Source of the DNA: an uncultured Bacteroidales bacterium
GTDB taxonomy: Bacteria; Bacteroidota; Bacteroidia; Bacteroidales; Paludibacteraceae
Length of the DNA: 64,000 nucleotides
Direction of reading: 5' to 3'
NCBI GenBank assembly: GCA_900319025.1
Contig: ONMT01000001.1
Coordinates: forward strand, 8,462 to 72,461
The notes beneath the pieces were generated by a model. It had not been told where the DNA came from. It saw only the letters and a list, made by a program, of their open reading frames with translations, and made no database searches. This document shows, in pieces, positions 19,338-30,483 of the stretch. Each line of letters starts with the position of its first letter. Within the stretch, counting starts at the first letter, position 1. The position numbers and the translations under genes are program-made.

Positions 19338-20582
19338 TTAGTTATTGAGCATATCTTGCATCGCCTCGTACTTATCGTCCATGTGCAGGCGGTAGTAGAT
19401 ACCTTTCAGGATAACCATGTATTCGCGGTTATCAGGAGCAACCTCCAATGCTTTCTCGAAGAAAGGCAACGACTCTTTGAGTTTATCAGAAGCCTTATTG
19501 AGTGCAGCCTTGTAAGCCTTAGCGTCTTGGATATACGTTGCCTCTTCGATAATCTTACTTGCTTCGTTGTAGTGTACACGGCCTTTTCCTGCGTGTGCTT
19601 CGGCGAGCATTGGGTTAATTTCAAGAGCGCGGTCGTACTCAACAAGTGCCTCGGCGTTATTACCTTGGTTAGCGCTCAAGTTACCTTTAATCAGGTGATA
19701 TTCAGCCACTCCGGGTTCGCGTTCGATTGCTTGATTGAGGTACTCAATAGCTTTATCCTCTTGCTTGGAGAAGATATAGTAGTTAATCAGGTTCTGCAGG
19801 AACCAAGGCTCTTGCGGGAAGCGAACCATTGCCTCTTGCAGCACGCGTACTGCATTGACAGTGTCTTTCACTTCCTCCATATATTCTTGATAGAGGAACT
19901 GATTAACAGCTATTGCTTCGAATTCACCCTTCTTCAAGTCCTCCAGCACAGCGATAGCCTCATTGTGCATCTTAGCCTGGATAGCGAAGAGAGCTGCATA
20001 ATACTCATATTGCTCGTAGATGGTATCCTTCGGCATTTGAGATTGGAGCTTATCCTCTTGCATCATCGGCAGGTCGCGCATTTTAAGATGACGCATAAAC
20101 ACATTGTACGCACCTTTGAAGTCACGTTGCTCGTTCAGATGAACGCCGTACTTGATAAACTCTTGGTTCTGGTAGTACTCTAACATTTTCTTGACGATGT
20201 TATTGCGCGTTTTAGTATCCACTACTTCGCGACCTTTCTTATCGAGAGTCGGAGTCATAGCTATCTCGTCCGCTTTTACCCAGTAGTCGTAGCTCTCCAT
20301 GATAGCTTGACCTACTTGGTCTTGGTCAAGAGGTTGATTGAGCAATGCCATGCGGTTAGCTTGTACGTCCTGTTGATAACCAATCAGTCCGGCAACATAC
20401 CAAGTGTTAGCTTGGTTCTTAGTTTCTTCGTTAGCCAGTGCTGCGCCTATGAGTTGACGTGCTTGGTCATAGTCAGGAGTCTCAGAGAGAATCAAACTCT
20501 TAGCTTTATTCACATTAGCTTTTTGTGCCATGCAGCCTGCGCTTATCAGCACTAATGCTGCCATTAATAATGTCTTACGCAT
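19338..20582 (-). CDS. TPR-repeat lipoprotein
   Basis: I trimmed the start to MRKTLLMAALVLISAGC (lipobox), 1 nt after the gyrA stop. TPR-like helices run throughout, for example AIEYLNQAIEREPGVAEYHLIKGN and ALVEYDRALEINP. Confidence 0.75.
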   Translation of the reverse strand: MRKTLLMAALVLISAGCMAQKANVNKAKSLILSETPDYDQARQLIGAALANEETKNQANTWYVAGLIGYQQDVQANRMALLNQPLDQDQVGQAIMESYDYWVKADEIAMTPTLDKKGREVVDTKTRNNIVKKMLEYYQNQEFIKYGVHLNEQRDFKGAYNVFMRHLKMRDLPMMQEDKLQSQMPKDTIYEQYEYYAALFAIQAKMHNEAIAVLEDLKKGEFEAIAVNQFLYQEYMEEVKDTVNAVRVLQEAMVRFPQEPWFLQNLINYYIFSKQEDKAIEYLNQAIEREPGVAEYHLIKGNLSANQGNNAEALVEYDRALEINPMLAEAHAGKGRVHYNEASKIIEEATYIQDAKAYKAALNKASDKLKESLPFFEKALEVAPDNREYMVILKGIYYRLHMDDKYEAMQDMLNN

Positions 20583-20583
20583 A

Positions 20584-23211
20584 TTATTCATTATTTTGGT
20601 TATTATTTTCTTCATTTACTTCCTCACCATTCTCAGACTCCTCTTCTTTAGGAACGATACATCCGCTAACGAGCGAGTCATTACGTTTCTGCAATTCGAT
20701 GAGTTTAACGCCTTGTGCAGCGCGGCCGGTCTGACGGATAGTTGATATATCCATTCGGATAGCTGTTCCGGACTTAGTCATCAGCATGAGGTCGTCTTCA
20801 TCGGTTACGGCTTCGATTCCTACGAGGTGTCCGGTCTTCTCCGTTATCTCGATGGTTTTCACGCCTTTACCTCCGCGGTTAGTGATACGATAAATCGGTT
20901 CTCCGTTCTCGTCGTCCACCGGTGTACGCTTACCGAATCCGTTTTCAGAGATCACGAGAATAGTCTTGTCTGTTCCTTTCTCTACACAAAGTGTGCCAAT
21001 CACGCGATCTTCGCCATCATTTTCTAAAGTTATTGCTTTCACGCCGCTTGCGCTACGTCCCATTGGACGAACACCGCCTTCGTTGAAACGAACCACTTTA
21101 CCGTTGTACGAAGCGACAAGCATTTCGCTTTGTCCATCGGTGAGCGTAACGCCAATCAATTCGTCGCCATCACGCAGACCGAGTGCGATGATACCGTTTG
21201 CACGTGGACGAGAATACGACTCGAGTGTCGTCTTCTTCATCAAGCCGTTTTTGGTCACGAAGATGAGGAAGTGGTTCTGAACATAATCTGCATCGTTCAA
21301 GCCTTTGACATTGATACATGTACGAACTTTATCCTCCTTCTGGATGTTAATCATGTTCTGTATAGCCCGTCCTTTGGATTGTTTGTTTCCTTCGGGCAAC
21401 TCGTAAACCTTGAGCCAATACAGACGTCCCATTTCGGTGAAGAACATCATCGTGGAGTGCATCGAAGCTTGATATACTTTCTCGATAAAGTCCGTGTCAC
21501 GTGCAGAGCCGGCTTTAGAACCGATACCGCCACGTGATTGTTGACGGAACTCAGTCAGCGGAGTACGTTTGATGTAACCGAGGTGCGAGATAGTAATAAC
21601 CATATCGTCATCGGCGTACATATCTTCCGGATTGAACTCGGTTGCCATCTTCACGATTTGCGTGCGGCGCTCGTCCGCATACTTAGCTTTCACTTCCTCC
21701 AATTCATCGTTGATGACGTCGTAACGCATTACTTCGTTAGCGAGCAACTCGTTCAAGTGCGCAATCAGTTTCTCCAACTCTTGGTACTCGTTCTTCAACT
21801 CATCAATACGCAATCCTGTGAGTGCGCTCAGACGCATATCTACGATAGCTTTCGATTGCAGATTATCCAGGTTGAAGCGTGCTTCGAGGTTAGTCTGTGC
21901 ATCTTGCGGCGTACGACTCGCTTTGATGATACGAATCACCTCGTCGATGTTATCCACGGCGATGATCAAGCCTTCCAAGATATGGGCACGCTCTTCAGCC
22001 TTACGCAGCTCGTAGCGTGTACGACGCGTAACAACGTCCATACGGTGATCAACGAAGTTACCAATCAGGTCTTTCAAGTTCAGCAGCATCGGACGACCAT
22101 GTACCAACGCGATATTATTCACGCTGAAAGACGACTGCAGCTCGGTGAACTTATATAATTTATTAAGGACTACTTGCGCGTTAGCATCGCGCTTAACCTC
22201 AATCACGATACGGATATCACGTGTTGAAAGGTCGCTGATATCGGAGATGCCTTCTATCTTCTTATCGCTCACCAAGTCACCGATTTTCTTTACGAGGTCA
22301 GACTTAACCACGCCGTAAGGCAACTCGGTTACCACAATCTTCTCGCGTCCATTCGCTTCGGTCTCGATGTCTGCATTTGCACGAATGACAACACGTCCAC
22401 GGCCTGTCTCAAAAGCCTCACGTACGCCCTGATAGCCATAAATCGTACCACCGGTCGGGAAGTCAGGAGCTTTCACGTACTCCATCAAGTCCTCCACAGT
22501 TATCTCTTCTACATTGGCATCCGCAATACGTGCTTTGCGGTTATTAACAAAAGCCACGCAGCCGTCAATCACTTCGCCGAGGTTATGGGTAGCCATATTC
22601 GTCGCCATACCGACAGCGATACCGGTACCGCCGTTAACCAGCAGGTTCGGGAAGCGGCAAGGCAACACAGCTGGCTCACGCAGACTATCGTCGAAGTTAG
22701 GAACCATATCCACGGTATCTTTCTCGATATCGCGGAGCATCTCTTCTGCTAACTTACTCAAACGCGCCTCCGTATAACGCATAGCCGCAGCGCCATCACC
22801 ATCCACGTTACCAAAGTTACCTTGACCATCTACGAGGCAGTAGCGCATATTCCACGGCTGTGCCAGACGCACCAACGTTCCGTAGATACTACTGTCACCG
22901 TGCGGGTGATATTTACCCATAACGTCACCGACAATACGGGCACTCTTCTTTGTCGGTTTGTCGCTGCTTACGCCTAACTCGTTCATACCGAACAGCACAC
23001 GGCGTTGCACAGGCTTAAATCCGTCGCGCACATCCGGCAGCGCACGGCTCACGATGACACTCATTGAGTAGTCGATGTACGACTTACGCATTTCCTCGTC
23101 AATCTTGACGGGAATAATCTTGTCGTGGTCAGTCATGTCCAGACCTTCCACATTCAGTCCTTCAGGCTGACCATTCGTTTGCTCTAAATCTTTTTCGTTT
23201 TCGTTGTCCAT
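20584..23211 (-). CDS. gyrA: DNA gyrase subunit A
   Basis: [24 protein letters not shown] and [10 protein letters not shown] (active-site Tyr region) are present. The C-terminal beta-pinwheel repeats end in an acidic Asn/Glu tail. Confidence 0.97.
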   Translation of the reverse strand: MDNENEKDLEQTNGQPEGLNVEGLDMTDHDKIIPVKIDEEMRKSYIDYSMSVIVSRALPDVRDGFKPVQRRVLFGMNELGVSSDKPTKKSARIVGDVMGKYHPHGDSSIYGTLVRLAQPWNMRYCLVDGQGNFGNVDGDGAAAMRYTEARLSKLAEEMLRDIEKDTVDMVPNFDDSLREPAVLPCRFPNLLVNGGTGIAVGMATNMATHNLGEVIDGCVAFVNNRKARIADANVEEITVEDLMEYVKAPDFPTGGTIYGYQGVREAFETGRGRVVIRANADIETEANGREKIVVTELPYGVVKSDLVKKIGDLVSDKKIEGISDISDLSTRDIRIVIEVKRDANAQVVLNKLYKFTELQSSFSVNNIALVHGRPMLLNLKDLIGNFVDHRMDVVTRRTRYELRKAEERAHILEGLIIAVDNIDEVIRIIKASRTPQDAQTNLEARFNLDNLQSKAIVDMRLSALTGLRIDELKNEYQELEKLIAHLNELLANEVMRYDVINDELEEVKAKYADERRTQIVKMATEFNPEDMYADDDMVITISHLGYIKRTPLTEFRQQSRGGIGSKAGSARDTDFIEKVYQASMHSTMMFFTEMGRLYWLKVYELPEGNKQSKGRAIQNMINIQKEDKVRTCINVKGLNDADYVQNHFLIFVTKNGLMKKTTLESYSRPRANGIIALGLRDGDELIGVTLTDGQSEMLVASYNGKVVRFNEGGVRPMGRSASGVKAITLENDGEDRVIGTLCVEKGTDKTILVISENGFGKRTPVDDENGEPIYRITNRGGKGVKTIEITEKTGHLVGIEAVTDEDDLMLMTKSGTAIRMDISTIRQTGRAAQGVKLIELQKRNDSLVSGCIVPKEEESENGEEVNEENNNQNNE

Positions 23212-23270
23212 TGTATAATGTTTTTATTTATTATCAGTTTTCAGCAAACCCGCAATACGGAATTTCGCCG

Positions 23271-23278
23271 CAAAAGTA
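23271..23278 (-). promoter_or_regulatory. -7 box (TACTTTTG on minus strand) for gyrA
   Basis: cgccgcaaaagtact on the + strand, about 60 nt upstream of the gyrA ATG. Confidence 0.55.
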
Positions 23279-23522
23279 CTACATTTTTTCGACATATGCA
23301 AATTTTTTGCCACTTTTTTTCAATTTTAAGCGATTTTGGGGCTTTTTAGTGTGGGAACCGATTCATTTCTATACCCTATCTCAAATCGCAAATATTGCAC
23401 AAAGGAGCGAATCCCCCTCTCTCCCTATACCTTACCGCGTGCGCACACATACGTTTACAATAAAAGAACAAAAAAAAATAACACTTTTTGCCACAAATTC
23501 TTGCACATATCAAAAAAAGCAG

Positions 23523-23530
23523 TACCTTTG
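23523..23530 (+). promoter_or_regulatory. -7 box TACCTTTG within the extended box aaaaaaagcagTACCTTTGcac
   Basis: Extended promoter consensus, about 90 nt upstream of the small ORF at 23618. Confidence 0.55.
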
Positions 23531-23617
23531 CACACTCATTACCCCAAAGGGCACTTCCGACTTGCTCAGACGAAAAATAATTGGGAAATAAATAATAAGA
23601 ATTAAAAACACACAATT

Positions 23618-23821
23618 ATGCGTAAATTATTCATCCTCTTTGTAGCGATTGTTTCGCTCAACAGCCTATTTGTACAAAAAGCATCATCCGATGAATATAG
23701 CGAATTCATTGGCACTGCCGCTATAGACGGAGTAACCTACTCGCTGAATTACAGCGCGTACAATACCCAATATTTTGTTGTAGATAGAGAAAGTTTACGT
23801 TATTTTGTGTATCATATTTGA
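23618..23821 (+). CDS. Small hypothetical secreted protein (67 aa)
   Basis: Signal-peptide-like N-terminus MRKLFILFVAIVSLNSLFVQKA with a dedicated promoter box upstream. I recognised no homology. Confidence 0.4.
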   Translation: MRKLFILFVAIVSLNSLFVQKASSDEYSEFIGTAAIDGVTYSLNYSAYNTQYFVVDRESLRYFVYHI

Positions 23822-24011
23822 AGGTACATTTTTCGTCATTTCTGGATACGCGTGGAAGCATGGCAAGAACCCGTTAGGAACCCGTTGAAGTTGGACGTTC
23901 CCGCGCACCTTATTTTTCGTTTTTTTAATCAACACGACTAAGACCGACTGTCAGTGTGTTTAGAAGACATAAACGTTGCACAGCAACAATAATCGTGCGG
24001 GGCTCATAAAC

Positions 24012-24048
24012 AAAAAAATGCAGATTTTGCAACAAACTGCATTTTTTT
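24012..24048 (+). terminator. Hairpin terminator (part of a terminator-promoter cassette)
   Basis: An A-run, then stem atgcag (24018-24023) / ctgcat (24037-24042), then a T-run. Confidence 0.55.
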
Positions 24049-24072
24049 CTTGCATACATGCAAAAAAAGCAG

Positions 24073-24080
24073 TATCTTTG
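24073..24080 (+). promoter_or_regulatory. -7 box TATCTTTG for aspA
   Basis: caaaaaaagcagTATCTTTGcagcc. Confidence 0.6.
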
Positions 24081-24155
24081 CAGCCGATTTAGTTGTGAAC
24101 GTAAAAACAAAACTATAAATACAATGAAAAAACTATTTCTTTTTAACGCACTCGG

Positions 24156-24209
24156 CGCTGAAATGAAATAAAACGCTGAAATAAAATTAGACGCAGAAAT
24201 AAATAATCA
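24156..24209 (+). repeat. Three tandem 18-nt repeats directly upstream of the aspA ATG
   Basis: The units are cgctgaaatgaaataaaa / cgctgaaataaaattaga / cgcagaaataaataatca, starting at 24156, 24174 and 24192. Confidence 0.8.
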
Positions 24210-24213
24210 TTAT

Positions 24214-25635
24214 ATGGCACAAACATTCAGACTTGAGAGTGACCTTCTCGGCGAATTGAAAATCCCCGCAGAGGCGCTTTACGGCGTACAGACATTACGA
24301 GGATTAGAGAATTTCCCGATCAGTAAATTCAAACTTAAGGACTATCCGCTATTCATCAACGGTTTAGCCTATACCAAACTCGGAGCAGCGACAGCCAACC
24401 ATCAGCTTGGTCTGCTGAGCGATGAACAATTCACGGCAATAGAACAAGCCTGCCGCGAGATTCTAAACGGGCAGTGGCACGATATGTTCCCGGTAGATAT
24501 GATTCAAGGCGGAGCGGGCACTACAACCAACATGAACGCCAACGAGGTCATAGCTAACCGCGCGTTGCAGATCATGGGACATCAGCCCGGTGAATATACC
24601 TACCTGAGCCCGAATGACCACGTCAACTGCTCCCAATCCACGAATGATGCCTACCCGACAGCCATTCATTTAGGTTTATACGCTACGCACTTGGTATATA
24701 TCCAACATCTGCAGGCACTTATAGACGCTTTCCAAGCGAAAGCAGAAGAGTTCAAGAACGTGTTGAAGATGGGTCGTACTCAACTGGAAGATGCCGTTCC
24801 GATGACTCTTGGTCAGACGTTCGGTGCTTTTGCCTCTATTCTAAGAGACGAGCTTACGCATCTGAATGCCTCAGCAGAGGAGTTTTTAACCATCAATATG
24901 GGTGCGACAGCAATCGGTACGGGTATCTGCTCCGAGCCTGAATATGCGTCGCTATGCACGCAAGCTATAGCGGACATCACAGGTTGGCGCATCCGTTTGG
25001 CAGAAGACCTTGTAGCAGCGACATCCGACACGAGTTGCATGGTAGGCTATTCGAGTGTATTGCGCCGTATAGCGACCAAACTGAACAAGATATCGAACGA
25101 CTTGCGTTTGCTGGGTTCCGGTCCCAAATGCGGTTTGCACGAGATAGAGTTACCCGCCCGCCAACCGGGCAGTTCCATTATGCCGGGCAAGGTTAATCCT
25201 GTTATCCCGGAAGTGATGAACCAGATATGCTACAAAGTGATAGGCAATGACCTAACTGTAGCGATGTGCAACGAAGCGGCTCAGATGGAACTCAACGCCA
25301 TGGAACCGACGATGGCTCAATGCTGCTTTGAGAGTTGCGAGATAATGATGAACGGATTTGATGTGCTGCGCAAATACTGCGTTGACGGCATCAAAGCAGA
25401 CGAGAGCCGCTGCAACAATTATATCAAAGGCTCTATCGGTATCGTGACCGCCCTCAATCCTATCATCGGCTACAAGAACTCGACCAAGATAGCCAAAGAA
25501 GCCCTTTCGACAGGCAAGCCGGTATATGATTTAGTGCTTGAGCACGGTATTCTAACGAAGGAAGAACTGGATACGATTCTCTCTCCTGAGAACATGATTC
25601 GTCCTGTCAAGTTGAATATCAAGCCGAGGAAGTGA
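24214..25635 (+). CDS. aspA: Aspartate ammonia-lyase
   Basis: TNMNANEVIANRA, SQSTNDAYPTA and GSSIMPGKVNPV form the class II fumarase/aspartase signature, and the flanks are aspartase-like. Confidence 0.88.
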   Translation: MAQTFRLESDLLGELKIPAEALYGVQTLRGLENFPISKFKLKDYPLFINGLAYTKLGAATANHQLGLLSDEQFTAIEQACREILNGQWHDMFPVDMIQGGAGTTTNMNANEVIANRALQIMGHQPGEYTYLSPNDHVNCSQSTNDAYPTAIHLGLYATHLVYIQHLQALIDAFQAKAEEFKNVLKMGRTQLEDAVPMTLGQTFGAFASILRDELTHLNASAEEFLTINMGATAIGTGICSEPEYASLCTQAIADITGWRIRLAEDLVAATSDTSCMVGYSSVLRRIATKLNKISNDLRLLGSGPKCGLHEIELPARQPGSSIMPGKVNPVIPEVMNQICYKVIGNDLTVAMCNEAAQMELNAMEPTMAQCCFESCEIMMNGFDVLRKYCVDGIKADESRCNNYIKGSIGIVTALNPIIGYKNSTKIAKEALSTGKPVYDLVLEHGILTKEELDTILSPENMIRPVKLNIKPRK

Positions 25636-25711
25636 TTGTAAATTGAGAACAGAAAATTGCTAATTGCAAATAGATAATTAACCTTATTAACTACTTAAAA
25701 CACAAAATCTT

Positions 25712-27922
25712 ATGGAAATTCAATCCTTAATGTACATTGTCCTTGCGGCCTCTGTATTAGCATTGGGCTTCGCCTTTTATTTCTACAAGAGCATGCTGAA
25801 GAAAGATGAGGGAACCGACCTCATGAAGAAGATAGCAGCTCACGTACGTCAAGGCGCGATGGCCTATCTGAAACAGCAGTACAAAGTGGTAACGATTGTA
25901 TTTGTTATCCTTGCTGCCATTTTTGCCATTATGGCATATTTCAAGCTCCAGAATGGAGTGGTATGGTTTGCGTTCCTGACCGGTGGTTTCTTCTCCGGTT
26001 TAGCAGGTTTCTTCGGTATGAAGACAGCGACTTACGCCTCAGCCCGTACGGCGAATGCAGCCCGTCAGTCTCTCAATGCCGGTTTGCAAGTAGCCTTCCG
26101 CTCTGGTGCCGTGATGGGTCTGACCGTAGTAGGTCTGGCATTGCTTGACGTAGCCGGTTGGTTCCTTATTCTGAACGGCACGGGTCTTTTAGAGCTTGTA
26201 GGCGCAGAAGCAGACCTGATTACTATCACGACGACGATGCTGACATTTGGAATGGGTGCATCGACTCAAGCTCTGTTTGCGCGTGTAGGCGGTGGTATCT
26301 ACACAAAGGCAGCAGACGTAGGTGCTGACCTTGTAGGCAAGACCGAGTACAACATCCCTGAAGATGACCCACGTAACCCTGCCACTATCGCAGATAACGT
26401 AGGTGACAACGTAGGTGACGTAGCGGGCATGGGTGCAGACTTATACGAGTCATATGCCGGTTCTATTCTTGCCACGATGGCTCTCGGAGCTTCCGCCTTC
26501 GCAACTTCAGCAGTAGAAGGCATGCAACTCAAAGCCGTTCTTGCTCCCTCTCTGATTGCAGCTTGCGGCGTACTGCTCTCTATCATCGGCATCTATATGG
26601 TAAAGACGAAAGAAGGTGCGGGAATGAAAGAACTGCTTCGTGCCCTATCTATCGGAACTAACACCGCCGCCTTCCTGATTGCAGGTGTTACATTCGCCAT
26701 TTTTGCATGGTTGTTCGGAACAGAGACCAACCAATGGTGGCAGGTATCGCTGTCAGTTGTAGTAGGTCTTCTTGCAGGTGTGATTATCGGTAAATCAACC
26801 GAGTACTACACCTCTCAATCGTATAAACCGACTCAGAAAGTGTCTGAGAGTTCGCAGACCGGTCCTGCAACTGTTATTATCAGCGGTTTAGGATTAGGCA
26901 TGCTGTCCACGGCTATTCCTGTAATCACGGTAGGTGTAGCCATCGTTCTTGCTTATTTGTGCGCGAACGGCTTCCAAGTTGAGTTCAGTGCTTCTAACTT
27001 GTCTATGGGTCTATACGGTATCGGAATAGCCGCCGTAGGTATGCTTTCGACGCTTGGTATCACTCTTGCGACTGACGCTTACGGACCTATTGCAGATAAC
27101 GCAGGTGGTAATGCCGAGATGTCCGGTCTGCCAGCCGAAGTCCGTCAACGTACAGACGCTCTTGACGCTCTGGGTAATACGACCGCAGCCACCGGTAAAG
27201 GTTTCGCAATCGGTTCTGCAGCCCTGACGGCTCTCGCCCTTCTTGCATCCTATGTAGAGGAGATTAAGATTGCTCTTATCCGCACCGGAGAAACATTGCC
27301 AAACGGAGTGGAAGCAGCCAAAGCAAGTCTTGTGGACTTCATGGACGCCTATAACGTAAATCTGATGAACCCGATTGTTCTGGTAGGAATCTTTATCGGT
27401 TCGATGATGGCCTTCCTGTTCTGCGGTCTGACGATGAACGCCGTAGGCCGTGCAGCCCAGAAGATGGTAGAAGAAGTACGTCGTCAGTTCAAGACCATCA
27501 AGGGCATCCTTGAGGGCAAGGCTGATCCAGACTATGCCCGTTGCGTAGAGATATCAACCAAAGGCGCACAACAGGAGATGCTTCTTCCGTCTATTTTAGC
27601 AATCGTAGTTCCTATTTTGACCGGTCTTATTTTAGGTGTAGCCGGCGTGCTCGGTCTGCTTATCGGCGGTCTGGCTACCGGTTTCGTACTGGCAGTATTC
27701 ATGGCTAATGCCGGCGGTGCTTGGGACAATGCGAAGAAGTATGTAGAAGAAGGTTACTTCGGTGGCAAGGGTTCAGACTGCCACAAAGCTACCGTAGTCG
27801 GTGATACAGTCGGTGATCCGTTCAAGGACACATCGGGCCCGTCTCTGAACATCCTAATCAAGCTTATGTCCATGGTCAGCATCGTTATGGCTGGTCTGAC
27901 CGTAACATATCACCTGCTCTAA
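25712..27922 (+). CDS. hppA: Membrane-bound ion-translocating pyrophosphatase
   Basis: 736 aa, polytopic. It carries [27 protein letters not shown] and [14 protein letters not shown] motifs. Confidence 0.95.
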   Translation: MEIQSLMYIVLAASVLALGFAFYFYKSMLKKDEGTDLMKKIAAHVRQGAMAYLKQQYKVVTIVFVILAAIFAIMAYFKLQNGVVWFAFLTGGFFSGLAGFFGMKTATYASARTANAARQSLNAGLQVAFRSGAVMGLTVVGLALLDVAGWFLILNGTGLLELVGAEADLITITTTMLTFGMGASTQALFARVGGGIYTKAADVGADLVGKTEYNIPEDDPRNPATIADNVGDNVGDVAGMGADLYESYAGSILATMALGASAFATSAVEGMQLKAVLAPSLIAACGVLLSIIGIYMVKTKEGAGMKELLRALSIGTNTAAFLIAGVTFAIFAWLFGTETNQWWQVSLSVVVGLLAGVIIGKSTEYYTSQSYKPTQKVSESSQTGPATVIISGLGLGMLSTAIPVITVGVAIVLAYLCANGFQVEFSASNLSMGLYGIGIAAVGMLSTLGITLATDAYGPIADNAGGNAEMSGLPAEVRQRTDALDALGNTTAATGKGFAIGSAALTALALLASYVEEIKIALIRTGETLPNGVEAAKASLVDFMDAYNVNLMNPIVLVGIFIGSMMAFLFCGLTMNAVGRAAQKMVEEVRRQFKTIKGILEGKADPDYARCVEISTKGAQQEMLLPSILAIVVPILTGLILGVAGVLGLLIGGLATGFVLAVFMANAGGAWDNAKKYVEEGYFGGKGSDCHKATVVGDTVGDPFKDTSGPSLNILIKLMSMVSIVMAGLTVTYHLL

Positions 27923-27932
27923 ACGATCGCAT

Positions 27933-28925
27933 ATGGTTACGGTTATCGGCGCAACCAATATCGATATCATCGCCGCCACTTCGTCGGCGTTTGTCGCTCA
28001 CGACTCCAACCCATCGCATATCACGATGGGTATTGGAGGCGTGGGAAAGAACTATGCTCATAACCTTGTTCTGTTAGGCGAGAGTATTCAATTCATCAGC
28101 CTATTCGGCGATGACTATTTTGGGGAGGTGGCACGCAAAGAGTGCAAACGATTAGGATTTGGCTTGCACCTCAGTCATACACCTAAAGGCTCCCGCAGTT
28201 CGATGTTTCTATGCATCAACAACACACTTGGTCAGATGCAGGCCGGAGCTGCTGATGTAGAGATAATCGAACAATATCTGACGCCCGAGTTTCTTGACGC
28301 CCGAAAAGAAGATATCAACAACTCCCAGTTGGTGCTTTTTGATGCCAATCTGCCCGTTGCTACCATGGTGTGGTTGCTGGAGAACTGTACCGCTCCTATG
28401 ATGGCGGATACGGTCTCCCGCAAGAAAGCTTCGCGCATAACGGAGGCACTCAAGCAAGCCCATAATCCACACCTTCATACACTCAAGCTGAACCGAATTG
28501 AAGCACAATATATATTAGGAGAGGAAGCCGGCAAAGACTTTCCGTCTCTATGCAAACAAATTCATGAGTTAGGTGTAAGCAATATTTATATCACACTCGG
28601 CAACGAGGGCGTGTTCTGCTCCGGAACACCGTTCCAACTCGAACTCGTCAACCCTACCCAAGTCTCTTTCCCGCCTATTCAACCTAAGCAAGTCGTTGAT
28701 ACCAATGGCGCAGGAGACGCTTTCCTCTCCGGCGTGGCGTATGCTTTTCTGCAAGGCGTGGACTTCCCCATCACTGCCAAATACGGGCTACAGGCATCGC
28801 GCGCCACCATCGAAGTGCCTTCCGTCGTCAACCCGAACCTCAAAGAAGAATTGGGAACACTTTACAACCCTACGAAAATAATTACAACTACTGACAATGA
28901 ACAAATACCTATCACTATCGCCTGA
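27933..28925 (+). CDS. psuK: PfkB-family kinase, pseudouridine kinase-like
   Basis: [16 protein letters not shown] and DTNGAGDAF resemble E. coli YeiC/PsuK. It overlaps psuG by 29 nt. Confidence 0.75.
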   Translation: MVTVIGATNIDIIAATSSAFVAHDSNPSHITMGIGGVGKNYAHNLVLLGESIQFISLFGDDYFGEVARKECKRLGFGLHLSHTPKGSRSSMFLCINNTLGQMQAGAADVEIIEQYLTPEFLDARKEDINNSQLVLFDANLPVATMVWLLENCTAPMMADTVSRKKASRITEALKQAHNPHLHTLKLNRIEAQYILGEEAGKDFPSLCKQIHELGVSNIYITLGNEGVFCSGTPFQLELVNPTQVSFPPIQPKQVVDTNGAGDAFLSGVAYAFLQGVDFPITAKYGLQASRATIEVPSVVNPNLKEELGTLYNPTKIITTTDNEQIPITIA

Positions 28926-29820
28926 AGTCGCTCAGGCACTACAACAAGGCAAACCCGTCGTTGCACTCGAATCAACTATTATCTCTCACGGCATGCCGTA
29001 TCCCCAAAACGTTGAAACTGCCCTTAAGGTCGAACAAACAATACGTGACAACGGCGCCGTTCCTGCTACTATCGCTATCATCAACGGCAAACTCAAAGCC
29101 GGATGCACACCCGAAGAAATCGAATACCTCGGTAAAAAAGGCCAAGCCGTCACGAAAGCTTCAAGACGTGACTTACCCGTGCTTATCGCTCGAGGCGAGG
29201 ATGGAGCTACTACCGTCACTACTACCATGATCATCGCTGCCATGGCGGGTATTCAAGTCTTCGCTACGGGTGGCATCGGAGGCGTTCACCGAGGAGCCGA
29301 AACAACTATGGACATATCCGCCGACCTCGAAGAACTCGCACAAACACCCGTCATGGTCATCTGCGCAGGCGCTAAATCTATCCTCGACTTAGGACTCACG
29401 CTCGAGTACCTCGAAACCAAAGGTGTGCCCGTTATCGGATACCAAACCGACGAACTACCCGCGTTCTATACCCGACACAGCGGATTCAATGTGGACTACC
29501 GCATCGACTCGCCCGAAGAATTAGCCGCTGCTTTCAAAGCTAAATTAGACATGGGACTCAAAGGAGGCATGCTCGTCACTAACCCCATCCCAGAGCAGTA
29601 CTCTATGCCTGCCGACGTCATCAATAAAGCTATTGACCAAGCTATCGAAGAATCTAAACAACTTGGTATTCACGGCAAACAAACAACTCCTTTCCTACTC
29701 GCTAAGGTCAAAGAACTTACTGGTGGGGACAGCCTCGCGTCGAACATACAACTCGTACTCAATAACGCGCGACTCGCTGCTAAAACCGCCACCGCCCTAA
29801 CACTAAACCCTAAACCCTAA
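28897..29820 (+). CDS. psuG: Pseudouridine-5'-phosphate glycosidase
   Basis: [18 protein letters not shown] and [13 protein letters not shown] are PsuG/YeiN motifs. Confidence 0.9.
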   Translation: MNKYLSLSPEVAQALQQGKPVVALESTIISHGMPYPQNVETALKVEQTIRDNGAVPATIAIINGKLKAGCTPEEIEYLGKKGQAVTKASRRDLPVLIARGEDGATTVTTTMIIAAMAGIQVFATGGIGGVHRGAETTMDISADLEELAQTPVMVICAGAKSILDLGLTLEYLETKGVPVIGYQTDELPAFYTRHSGFNVDYRIDSPEELAAAFKAKLDMGLKGGMLVTNPIPEQYSMPADVINKAIDQAIEESKQLGIHGKQTTPFLLAKVKELTGGDSLASNIQLVLNNARLAAKTATALTLNPKP

Positions 29821-29857
29821 ATGTCCGCAGGACAATAAGCGTGCGCAGCACAATAAA

Positions 29858-29897
29858 CAAAAAAAGTGCAGGTTTTTGACGAAATTTGCACTTTTTA
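29858..29897 (+). terminator. Hairpin terminator (cassette copy A)
   Basis: An A-run, then agtgca (29865-29870) / tgcact (29887-29892), then a T-run. Confidence 0.55.
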
Positions 29898-29921
29898 TTT
29901 GCACATGTCGCAAAAAAGCAC

Positions 29922-29929
29922 TACCTTTG
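29922..29929 (+). promoter_or_regulatory. -7 box TACCTTTG for the DUF1963/Sel1 array
   Basis: caaaaaagcacTACCTTTGcacc, 25 nt upstream of the ATG at 29954. Confidence 0.6.
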
Positions 29930-29953
29930 CACCGAAATTAAAAAACACTAACC

Positions 29954-30463
29954 ATGATTGAACATTGGTGGGGCTTTGCCGCAATGCCTCAAGGGATGGA
30001 ATACCCCTCGAACGGACAAGAAAACCCATTGACGCTCGTCTGCCAGTTCGCATATGCAAACGGATTGGTCTATGTCTTTGCTGACCTCGATTATTTCTTC
30101 GGCGATATCGATGTCGACGGCGGACATATCGGCGAATGGAAGTCCAATCTATACCAAGTCCTCTACTCTCCTTCCTGCGACAATCTCCACGAGCACGAGA
30201 TCCGCTATGAGGACGGCACATCGGCTGTGCCGGAGCCACGCGAATTGACCGGATACCCATCGCTCGTGCTTTCCAAACCTACATGCTGGCAAGACGAACT
30301 CGCACAGGACTATCCGGATTACCAAGTGCTGCTCCAACTCGAGGAGGATGATGACATCAACCTCCGCTTCTACGACTGCGGCACGCTCTTCTTCCTCATC
30401 AAACCCGAGGACCTGCAAGCCCGTAACTTCAACCGCGTTAAATGTGTCCTTTATTCCTACTAA
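29954..30463 (+). CDS. DUF1963 (YwqG-like) domain protein, short form
   Basis: 169 aa with no signal peptide. LTLVCQF, YQVLLQL and the DCGTLFFLIKPEDL pattern resemble YwqG-family proteins. The call is from memory. Confidence 0.55.
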   Translation: MIEHWWGFAAMPQGMEYPSNGQENPLTLVCQFAYANGLVYVFADLDYFFGDIDVDGGHIGEWKSNLYQVLYSPSCDNLHEHEIRYEDGTSAVPEPRELTGYPSLVLSKPTCWQDELAQDYPDYQVLLQLEEDDDINLRFYDCGTLFFLIKPEDLQARNFNRVKCVLYSY

Positions 30464-30483
30464 ATGATTAAAATGCTAACATT

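Noticed and set aside
20584-20615. 32-nt overlap between gyrA and the TPR-protein ORF
   Set aside because: This is an artefact of taking the longest ORF. Starting at MRKTLLMAALVLISAGC (20582) gives a proper lipoprotein signal and a 1-nt gap.
19356-22158. Long antisense ORFs (275 aa at 19356-20183; 206 aa at 21538-22158; also 13902-14561, 32807-33421, 39821-40507 and 43851-44606)
   Set aside because: All lie entirely inside well-supported genes on the opposite strand (TPR protein, gyrA, acyl-CoA synthetase, Sel1 protein, giant surface proteins). Their compositions are low-complexity or Leu/Val/His-rich, typical of shadow ORFs.
23212-24213. Possible replication origin (divergent gene orientation, gyrA adjacent, AT-rich 1-kb gap)
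   Set aside because: I found no cluster of DnaA boxes (TTATCCACA / TGTGGATAA), only a single one-mismatch site near 23806. No dnaA or dnaN gene is nearby. Other strand switches occur in the window, so the orientation pattern is not specific. GC skew could not be computed by eye.
28897-28925. 29-nt overlap of psuK and psuG as a possible frameshift or fusion
   Set aside because: Both ORFs have complete, recognisable N- and C-termini. Overlapping stop and start is compatible with translational coupling.
29804-29820. Telomere-like taaaccctaaaccctaa
   Set aside because: There are only two units and they lie inside the last codons of psuG (..LNPKP*). This is a chance coding sequence.
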